Of a stretch of 64,000 bases of DNA, positions 48,066-64,000 are shown in pieces. Source of the DNA: the human T2T-CHM13v2.0 reference genome, Homo sapiens; NCBI RefSeq assembly GCF_009914755.1, contig NC_060934.1; one strand, given 5' to 3'. A model generated the notes under the pieces. It was not told where the DNA came from. It ran no database searches and saw only the letters and a program-made list of their open reading frames with translations. Within the stretch, counting starts at the first letter, position 1. Each line of letters begins with the position of its first letter. The position numbers were made by a program, and so were the translations under genes.

Positions 48066-48924
<859 letters not shown>

Positions 48925-49119
48925 TAAGAAACAGATAAGCAAAGAAAGGGCATTGTATTATAAGGACACAGGAGTCAAGAACCCTAACATGGAAATGTAT
49001 TTCACCCAGAAAGGGAATTGAATTAGTCTTATGAATCTTTTTTCTACTTTTGTCTGCATGCCTGCTTCCATTCTTTTCTTTCTGCCGACTTACTGTGCTA
49101 CTTGTTCCAAAATGAGTAG

Positions 49120-49315
49120 CTAACTTTTTGAGTGTTTACTATGTGCCCACATACTGTGCTAAATGTTTTATGCCAGTTACTTCATTTAAGCATCCTGTCA
49201 CATCTATGAGGTGGATATTATTCTTACTTTATGGGTAAGGATACTATAGTTTTAAGAGAGATAGATGTTTTATGACAGTCTGGGATGTGATTAAGCTCTT
49301 AACCACTGTGTTACC
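49120..49315 (-). mobile_element. MIR fragment
   Basis: tgagtgtttactatgtgcc...catttaa..catc...ctatgaggtggatattatt..tttat...gctcttaaccactg resembles the MIR core. Confidence 0.7.
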
Positions 49316-49659
49316 TCTTAACCACCATGTTGCCTCCTATGGTGAAAGATGACGATACCTCAGCTCCTGATATTTTCCATCTCCTGTCTCAAAAGCGAGT
49401 AAATTCAGTCCCAATCTCATGTTCCTTTGAGAAGACAATAAAACAAAAGCCCAACTTTGGTTTGGCTTGGATGAGATACCTAGCACTGGACCGTTTTGCT
49501 ATGGTGAGACAATAGGGTCAAGTTGCTCAGACACAGGAAGAACTCTCTGGACTGGGGATAGCTAACTTCTCAGGGAAGGGGGATTATGACCTGGCAGTAC
49601 CCTGACAGATACCGAACAGTAAAGATTCAGAAAAGTAAAGGAGCATTTTCAGAAAATTT

Positions 49660-50720
<1,061 letters not shown>

Positions 50721-50778
50721 TTAGAAAAAGCACCGTGTCTCCCAAAACAAAAAAATTAAACACACTTTCTCATGACTA

Positions 50779-51079
50779 TTTTTGTATGTATGTATTTAGA
50801 GACAGGGTCTCGCTTTTTGCCCACGCTGGAATCAGTGGTGCGATTTTAGTTGACTGCAACATCGAACTCTGGGGCTCAAGGAATCCTCTCACTTCAGTCT
50901 CCTGAGTAGCTAGGACTATAGGTGCATACCACTATGTCCGGCTAATTTTAAAATTTTTGGTAAAGATAAGGTCTTGTTATGTTGCCCAGGCTGGTCTCGA
51001 ACACCTGGCTTTAAGAGATCCTCCCGTGTTGTCCTCCTAAAGTGTTGGGATTTCAGGCGTGAGCCACCATGCCTGGCCT
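50779..51079 (-). mobile_element. AluJ
   Basis: Diverged antisense dimer. Confidence 0.9.
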
Positions 51080-51201
51080 ATTTTTTATTTAGTGAGCATT
51101 TGTTCTGAATTACTGCAGGCTGCAGTGACTTATTAGAAATTTATCTACTTACATAATTTTGATGAGATACAGAAGAATTTTTAAAAATTAAATTTAATTA
51201 A

Positions 51202-52281
<1,080 letters not shown>

Positions 52282-52510
52282 CCTTCATTCTTTTATTTTT
52301 TTTAATTCTCTGCTGATTTGGAGGTCATATGCTCTATTTCTTTTATTTTAGTGATTGCACTTAAAGTTTTAACATGCATACTTAATGTTTTTCTGAGTCT
52401 TAATATCTGTACTCCGTTTGAACAAAACAAAGGTCCTTGGGACGCCTTGATTCCTTTGGTTCTTTTTCCCTCGCACAATCTATGTTATTGTTGTCTTTAT
52501 TACTCTGCTG

Positions 52511-52947
52511 TTTTCTTTTTTTTTTTTTTTTAAGATAGGGTCTCACTGTGTTGCCCAGGCTGGTCTGGAACTCTTGGGCTCATGTGATCCTCTCACCTTA
52601 GCCTTCTAAGTAGCTGGAATTACTCCATCTGTTTTTTTCTTTTTTTTTTTTGGTGATAGAGTCTCACTGTCACCCAGGCTGGAGTGCAGTAGTGTGATCT
52701 CGGCTCACTGCAACCTCCGCCTTTCATGTTCAAGTGATTCTCATGGGTTCAGCGATTCTCATGCCTCAGCCTCTTGAGTAGCTGGGACTACAGGCACATG
52801 CCACCTTGTCCGGCTAATTTTTGTATTTTTAATAGAGATGGGGTTTCACCATGTTGGCCAGGCTGTTCTTGAACTCCTGACCTCAGGTAATGTTCCTGCT
52901 TTGGCCTCCCAAAGTGCTGGTATTACAGGCGTGAGCCACTGTGCGTC
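52511..52947 (-). mobile_element. Alu monomer fragment (52511-52622) followed by an AluS (52632-52947)
   Basis: Alu consensus; small internal duplication gattctcatg. Confidence 0.9.
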
Positions 52948-53488
52948 TTATTTTGAATCTTCTAAATAATCGTGTGTTTTAAAAAAATAGTTATTTATAA
53001 TTAGGCTTAATATTACTCATGTTTTTGTTCAATCTAGCCTTTTATTTTCCTTGTTTGTGGGTTCATTTTTTTTACTTTGAAGGTTTTGGTATTTTTTTCT
53101 CAGGGTCTGAGGCTAGTAAGTAATAAGTAAGAAAGTTATATTAGTCTTTTTGTGTCTACGAATTTCATTATTTTGCTCTCTTGGAAGCTAGTTTGAATCC
53201 TTTGATAATAGCTATTTTCCTGTAACTAAAGATTTTATTCTAGTTTGTCTTCTGGTGTCTGTTGGTTGATAAACAATCTTTTGAGTTTGTTTATCCTGTT
53301 TGAGACTTGGTCTGCTTTTTCATTCTGAGGACTCAGTGTCCTTCCATTTTTTATTTTCTACTCTGTCTCTTCAAATACTGTAACCTTCTCATTAACTTTT
53401 CTTTTCCTAGAACTGTTAGGTATATGTTTGGGATTTTCATTCTGTTTTTCATGTCTTTTAATTTGTCTTTCATATTTTCTATCTTATC

Positions 53489-53780
53489 TTTTTTTTTTTT
53501 TTTGAGACGGAGCCTCTGTTGCCCAGGCTGGAGTGCAGTGTTGCGATCTCGGCTCACTGCAAGCTCCGCCTCCCGGGTTCACGCCATTCTCCTGCCTCAG
53601 CCTCCTAAGTAGCTGGGAATACAGGTGCCCGCCGCTACGCCCGGCTAATTTTGTGTATTTTTAGCAGAGACGGGGTTTTTCCATGTGAGCCGAGATGGTC
53701 TTGATCTCCTGACTTCATGATCCACTCACCTTTGCCTCCCAAAATGCTGGGATCACAGGTGTGAGCCACTGTGCCCGGCC
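53489..53780 (-). mobile_element. AluY-like element
   Basis: Y diagnostics CACTGCAAGCTCCGCCTCCCGGGTTCACGCCATTCTCC; flanks ttctatcttatcttt/ttctgtcttatcttt. Confidence 0.93.
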
Positions 53781-54206
53781 TTTCTGTCTTATCTTTGCAT
53801 TACTGATAATATCTTTAACTCTGTCTTCAGATTTATGCTTATTTTTAATTCAGTGAATTAATTTTTTTCTGAGTAAATTTCTAGAATTTTTGTGTGATTT
53901 TATTTTTCAATTTGTCTCTTTTTTCAGGGTATCTTGCTTTATTGTTTGAAGAATTATATTCGTTTTTTTATTTGAACATTTAAAACATACTTATTGTAAA
54001 GATTCTCAGATTTTGGAATTCTTTGTTAACTCTGGTGATAGATGTCTTTATATATTGTGTAATTTTTGACTGCAGGCTAATCTTCAGGTGGAGTTGTCTT
54101 TCCTGGGATTCCTGTTCCTCTACCATGAGTTGTGAAGATGTCACTGTGGGGTTTTTGCCTTTGCTCTCTGTCTTTTAAGAATTGTGTTTGGCCGACCAGA
54201 TTATAA

Positions 54207-54522
<316 letters not shown>

Positions 54523-54539
54523 AGTTATTCTTTTACTTA

Positions 54540-55260
54540 AAAGCAAAAGGCATTTTGAAGCTTTGATGACAGCTCTCTTAAGTCACTAGGGAGTATGCTT
54601 TTTCTATCTTCCTTCTGTATCAGCCTTAGCACATAGTTTTCATGTTCAGGGTTATCCCATAGTCAAAGCATGGCAGCTGGAACTGCAGTCATTGTGACTA
54701 CAAAAGAAGTCCCAGGCAGAAAGAAGGGGAGAGGGTAAGCTTCAAGTGTGGTCCTCTAACTGAGTTGTACTCTTTTTTTTTTTTTTTTTTTTTGAGAGAG
54801 TGTCTTGCTCTGTTGCCCAGGCTGGAATGCAGTGGCCGCGATCCTCTACTTCCCGGGTTCTCCTGCCTTAGCTTCCCGAGTAGCTGGGATTACAGGTGTG
54901 TGCCACTATGCCTGGCTAATTTTTGTATTTTTTGTAGAAATGGGGTTTCGCCATGTCGGCCAGGCTGGTCTCAAACTCCTGACCTCAGGTGATCTGCCCG
55001 CCTTGGCCTCCCAAAGTGCTGGGATTACAGGCGTGAGCCATCGCGCCTAGCTCTGAGTTGTACTCTTAAACTAATTGTCCTTGAGGCTCCACTCAACAAC
55101 TTAGGCTTAATTTTACTGGCTCTTAATTGTTACTGAGCCTGCAAAATGTGGTCATAAAGTTGGGCCCATTGATAAACTGGTTAAAGTGAGAGTTCTGTTA
55201 GTAGGGAAGAAGGAGAAAATAGACTTGGATTGGTAGCTGCAGAGTCTGTTACAGTTTGCC
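54540..55260. mobile_element. Possible MaLR (MLT1-type) LTR remnant interrupted by an Alu
   Basis: Degenerate catggcagctg...cccaggcagaaagaagggg...aaaatgtggtc motifs resembling old MLT1 LTRs. Confidence 0.4.
54773..55051 (-). mobile_element. AluS with an internal deletion
   Basis: TSD CTGAGTTGTACTCTT at ~54760 and ~55053. Confidence 0.93.
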
Positions 55261-55648
55261 TAATGGGGTTCATTGCTCCAGGCCAGTCTCTAAGTTTGTT
55301 TCTTGGCTTGGATTTCTACATCCTTTAGATAATAGATTTTGGGCCCCATACCTTCCCTCAGTATCCCCTTGGATTTCTAGAGTGAGTCATCTACTCACAT
55401 CTGGAGCAAGCATCTAATTTCTGTGCAGCTTCCCTAGTCTTAGTAGTCCAGCACATGGTTTTCTAGAGTCTCTTCCTGTTATGACATGGATCCTTATCAG
55501 CTCTTGTCCTTATATAGGGAACCCAGTTAGAGCTTTTCTCCATATCTTTAGTCTATGTTGCTGTCATAGTCAGTCCTACCCTCTAAGGTATTGTTTCTGA
55601 TAGCTTCGTTAACTGCCCCAGCTTCAATTTAATACTGATTCCTTTAGC

Positions 55649-55946
55649 TTTTTGTTTGTTTTTGAGACAGGGTCTTGCCCTGTTACCCAGGCTAGAGTGC
55701 AGTGATGCAATCTCAGCTCACTTCAACCTCCGCCTCCTGGGTTGGAGCGATTCACCTTCCTTAGCCTTATGAGTAGCTGGGACTACGGATGGGTGCCACC
55801 AAGCCCAGCTAATTTTTGTATTTTTAGTAGAGACGGGGGTTTCACATGTTGCCCAGGCTGGTCTCAAACTTCTGACTTCAAGTGATTTGCCTGACTCAGC
55901 CTACCAAAGTGCTGGGATTACAGACGTGAGCTATGGCGTCCGGCCT
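55649..55946 (-). mobile_element. Alu (S/J)
   Basis: Antisense dimer. Confidence 0.92.
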
Positions 55947-56062
55947 TATTTAGCTTTAAAGTTCTTTTTTATTTCTGCCACCTGGAGAGTTACCTTTATT
56001 CACATAATTAAAAATTATGTGAAAACAATTAAAAATTGTTTTCAGATTTCTTTTATCTTTAA

Positions 56063-56358
56063 TTTTTTTTTTTTTTTTGAAATGGAGTCTTGCTCTGTCA
56101 CCCAGTGCAGTGGTACGATCTTAGCTCACTGCAACCTCTGCCTCCCAGGTTCAAGTGTTCAGGTGATTCTCCTGCCTTAGCCTCCTGAGTAGCTGGGATT
56201 ACAGGCACGCGCCACCACGCCCGGCTGATTTTTGTGTTTTTAGTAGAGACGGGGTTTCACCACGTTGGTCAGGTTGGTCTCGAGCTCCTGACCTCATGAT
56301 CCGCCTGCCTCGGCCTCCCAAAGTGCTGGGATTATAGGCGTGAGCCACCGTGCCCGGC
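56063..56358 (-). mobile_element. AluS (Sc/Sg-like)
   Basis: Antisense dimer. Confidence 0.93.
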
Positions 56359-56852
56359 CAACTTATCTTTGATTTCTAAGTGCAAGAAGCCAGGCTGAGT
56401 GCCAAAAAGTACTCGGATTGTACCTTTTTTTTTTTTTTTTTTTTTTTTTTTACATAACACAAATAACTTTTTTATTTCTGTACAGGCTTTTTAGCCTGTA
56501 CACTTTAAATAGAATGTCTTTAAAGTTGAACATTTACTAACTTTTTTTTTGTTACTGCTGACTCATAATCTAGTATTTCATTTTAAATTCAGCATAATAT
56601 CGTAAGTTCCTATAGCTTTCAAAGAGGTGGTTTTCAAAAATTAACACATTTGGTGCTTACCATCATAGACCGATAACATAGCCAGTTTTACTTGCTTGTT
56701 TCTTGAATTCCTTTTCCTTTTAATGTGAGAAAAGGCTAGCATAAGGGCAGGAATGAAGCAGGTGCTTAATACTTGTTTGTATTCTTTTCTAACCTCCCTA
56801 CAAAACTAGTAAGAGAATTGAAAACATAGATGTACTTTGATAAATTGCCTAG

Positions 56853-57359
<507 letters not shown>

Positions 57360-57523
57360 TTTTGCTAATTTCCAAGACAAAAATATACAGCAGTGTTATT
57401 ACTTTTTGGTGTTAATTTTTATTTTTTTCCTCTGTGATTAATATTTGTTCTGTATTTCAGCTTTCCTTGTGTTTTTTTTCTTCTAAGACTATAAGACTAA
57501 ATCTTTGTATATCTTCTTATTGC

Positions 57524-57826
57524 TTTTTTTTTTTTTTTTTTTGAGATGGAGTTTTGCTTTTGTCACCCAGGCCAGAGTATAGTGACAGTGATCTCAGCTC
57601 ACTGCAACCTTCACCTCCTGGGTTCAAGCGATTCTCCTGCCTCAGCCTCCTGAGTAGCAAGGATTACAGGCGCCTGCCACCACGCCTGGCTAGTTTTTGT
57701 ATTTTTAATAGAGACGGGGCTTTACCGTGTTGGCCAGGCTGGTCTCGATCTCCTGACCTCAGGTGATCCACCCGCCTCGGCCTCCCAAAGTGCTAGGATT
57801 ACAGGCGTGAGCCACCATGCCCGGCC
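57524..57826 (-). mobile_element. AluS
   Basis: Antisense dimer. Confidence 0.94.
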
Positions 57827-58440
57827 TCTCTCATTGCTTTCTTAAATAATCTGCATGGTTATCGTATTAGGTCGTTTATAGATTCACTTTTCCTTTCCTT
57901 CCTTTTATCTTCTTTTCTGTTTATTTTCTTCTTCCTCTTCTTTCCGTCTCCTCTTTCTCCTCTCTTTGATTTTATTCTTCTCTGTTCCTCCTTGCGCCTT
58001 CCTCCTCCCTCTTTCTTCTCTCCCCTTTTACTTTCCCTTGTCTTTCCTCCCCCTTCCTTTCCTTTTTAAACCAGGGACCTTCTTCTGGGTACCATCTGCT
58101 TGCTCCCATCTGGTCTGTTTGCTCCTTAGGCTTGCTGGAGCATCCTAAGGAACATCCCTTCACCATTATCTTGGAGTTTTCTTCTTGCTTATATTGGATT
58201 CCCTGTTTTTCTATCCCCCTACTCCCCTGTTTCTTTATATTTAAGAAGGCACATCTTCTGGCAGCTTCATAGGAAAAGGCGCATGAGAAATAAATTAGGG
58301 TTTTGCATGGTTGATAAAATGGGATTGCTATCTTACTTGATTGTTTGACAGAATACATAGAATTCTTGGTTGGAAATCATTTTCCGTCAGAATTTGAAGA
58401 TATTTCTCTACTGCCTTTTAGCTTTCAGTGTTACTGTTAG

Positions 58441-59100
<660 letters not shown>

Positions 59101-59463
59101 TAATCGTTTGTATGTGGTAGTTCTTTCTGGATTTAGTATTTTCTCTTTAACCTGGTTATTCTGATACTCACGATGGTGTGCTTGCTTATACTCATTGTAC
59201 TAGGTACACAGTGGTCCTTTTGATTTGTTAGCTCCTGTTTTGGAATGTGAGTTTAGGTCAGGGAGAAAGTTTTTGAATTATTTCTTTGATAATTTCCTCA
59301 GTTCTGCTTTGTTTGCCTTTTCTGTATTTAAAAAAAATTTTGGATGTTAGACTTTCTAATCTGATCCTATAATTTTTGTATTTTCTGTTTCAGTTCTTTA
59401 ACTCTTTTTACTCTATTTTCTGAGGTGATTCCTCACTTTCTCTTCCAACTCTTCACTTAAAAA

Positions 59464-60361
<898 letters not shown>

Positions 60362-60364
60362 TAA

Positions 60365-60664
<300 letters not shown>

Positions 60665-60811
60665 TAATTGGAGGTTTTTGTTTTGTTTCAGTTACGAAAC
60701 TTTCTTCTGCTCCTTGAACTCTTCTTTTGTACTGTTTTGGCCTGTCTTTCGTGTTAGTGACTTTATGTAAAAATCTGGTGATTCTCAGCCTTGATTCAAA
60801 TGTAAGACAAA

Positions 60812-61397
<586 letters not shown>

Positions 61398-61777
61398 TCA
61401 AATTTAAGACAAATTCTTAATGAGTGGATTGGAAGTTTTGTGTGAGCAGACATTATTGAGTGATAGACTTCATCATAAGTGATCTAGCGGGGTTCTTAGC
61501 TTAGTAAGAGAGAAATATATCTGATCATGATCACCTGTTTGGGGTTGACAAACCTGGTTACCAATATTCCTTTAGCCAGATGGATGTTGGAATTTGAGGA
61601 TTTAGAATTACACTTTTATGATTCTTGTTTTTCTTCAGCTGCTCCTGGTGTCTCTGAGTGTAGATTTCTTCCATTTACCCTCTCTAGGAAATTAAGCTTT
61701 GCAGTTTTCTAGGGCAGGTGAGAGCCAGTTACGCGTTAGTATGTAGTGAATAAGGGATTGTTTTGATTGCTTTTCAG

Positions 61778-62077
61778 ATGGTATGCAATTCCTGTTGGTT
61801 AGCCTCATCTGAAAACGTCACTCCTGGATACATAGAACATCACTGCGCATGTGCATCTCCCCACCCCCGATGCCTGGTGTCTAACGTTCCTCCAGTTTCT
61901 GGTGCTCTGATGCATTGCTTTTGGGCTTGTCTTACTACAGCAGCTTTCTTCGGTCCTCAGTCATTTACCACTTGTCATATGTCCTTTCTAGTTTCCAGGG
62001 ATATTCTTTTTTATATTTATGGCTTTATGCCATTTATCTCAGTTGTCATTTGGCGTTTCAAGAAGGAGAGGTGGTAG
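61778..62077 (+). CDS. MLLT10: MLLT10 alternative terminal exon (99 codons; gives a 179-aa PHD-only isoform)
   Basis: Acceptor ttgcttttcAG|ATG at 61777; phase 0 with exon 3; MVCNSCWLASS...VIWRFKKERW*; AATAAA at 62293-62298 and 62499-62504; length matches my recollection of a short AF10 isoform. Confidence 0.75.
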   Translation: MVCNSCWLASSENVTPGYIEHHCACASPHPRCLVSNVPPVSGALMHCFWACLTTAAFFGPQSFTTCHMSFLVSRDILFYIYGFMPFISVVIWRFKKERW

Positions 62078-62292
62078 TGTTTAAGTGGAATTAACTACTT
62101 GTGTTTCTGATGTGGTCTTTTATATTTCTTACAGGGTTTTGTTTTACCAAGTACTAGTCTTCAGTCTATCCTGTTTACTTGATTTTTTCCCACTCAACTC
62201 ACAAACATTTTTGAATCATCTCATGAATTCTGCTTTCCATTTACATTTTTGCCCTTTTGTCTTTTCCTCTTCGCTGTTAAACTTCCTGAAAA

Positions 62293-62298
62293 AATAAA
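62293..62298 (+). terminator. Intronic polyadenylation signal AATAAA for the short MLLT10 isoforms
   Basis: AATAAA ~215 nt after the stop, followed by the GT/T-rich tgtgttgttattttt. Confidence 0.55.
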
Positions 62299-62689
62299 AC
62301 TAGTTGATTCACTTCTTCAAATGCCTACTGTGTTGTTATTTTTCCCCTTGTGCTTAATGATTGAGTTATAACTCAGTTATTATAAGTAATAGTTTATGAA
62401 ATCTGTATTTGATATAACACTTTCATCATGGACACTGTCCATTTTGTTCTTCAGTGACTCTTAACATAAAAGATCCACGTACAAGAAGTTCTTTTAATAA
62501 TAAAGCATCAGGAAAATTATCTCCCTTGCGTATCTGGTATATTTCCTCCTTTTTGATAGATCTGTGAAATACATTCTGTTTGTCTTTTTGTCCTGGTTAC
62601 CAGGCAGCCTAGAACCAAATCTGGTCTTTAGTTACATCAGCTATATTAATATCATTATTAGTATATTTGTTCCCTCTTTCTCCTTCCGT

Positions 62690-63385
<696 letters not shown>

Positions 63386-63518
63386 TATTTTTCTTTTTTT
63401 AATTGTTATAATACTTGTCCTTTATTGTAGACTGCCTCAAATCCTTTTCTAAAAATTTTAGGTTTAAGTATATTAAATATCCTAAAATAACATAAACTCC
63501 TATTCATTCACTCTTTAA

Positions 63519-63844
<326 letters not shown>

Positions 63845-64000
63845 TAAATTTTAAGTAGAGACATCTATTTGTTTTGACACTATTCCTCTCAGTTCCACAG
63901 TGGCACTATGTCATAAATCAGCTGTTAATATTTGTATGCATTTCTTTCTGAACTTTGTGTTCTTTTTATGTGCCTTTGTGCGAGAACCACAGTTTTAAAA

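Larger units (their letters stand above)
52300..54120 (-). mobile_element. Ancient L1M fragment (ORF1 region) broken by Alus
   Basis: T-rich plus strand; minus translation near 53351-53490 ([27 protein letters not shown]) resembles the L1 ORF1p coiled-coil/RRM junction. Confidence 0.6.

Noticed and set aside
53351-53557. Coiled-coil-like ORF
   Set aside because: Remnant of L1 ORF1 fused to Alu sequence

Overview
Human (primate) genomic DNA, recognisable as the 10p12.31 locus MIR1915HG(CASC10/C10orf114)-MIR1915-SKIDA1-MLLT10(AF10). Minus strand: a two-exon 136-codon CASC10 ORF (1948-1884 + 1079-734) with the MIR1915 hairpin (1696-1775) in its intron, then SKIDA1 (three small 5'UTR exons and a large last exon holding the whole 910-codon CDS at 22951-20219, with Ala21/Ala16/His15/Glu tracts). 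Plus strand, head-to-head with SKIDA1: the 5' part of MLLT10 (non-coding exon 1, coding exons 39757-39916 and 43945-44024 = PHD finger 1), an Alu-derived cassette exon (56951-57056) and an intronic alternative terminal exon (61778-). The rest of MLLT10 lies beyond the window. The first 41 kb is repeat-poor with several CpG islands; the last 23 kb is saturated with Alus sitting in old L1/L2/MIR/MaLR remnants. Most interesting observations: a 60-codon uORF assembled across three SKIDA1 5'UTR exons; a near-cognate in-frame signal-peptide-like extension of SKIDA1; an overlapping uORF that could shift AF10 initiation to the AF17-like MKEM start; a + strand exon inside SKIDA1 intron 1; a diverged ~124-bp duplication upstream of the MLLT10 promoter; and truncated PHD-only AF10 isoforms. 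Exon boundaries were read by eye from splice signals and reading frames. Repeat coordinates are approximate. No database searches were run.
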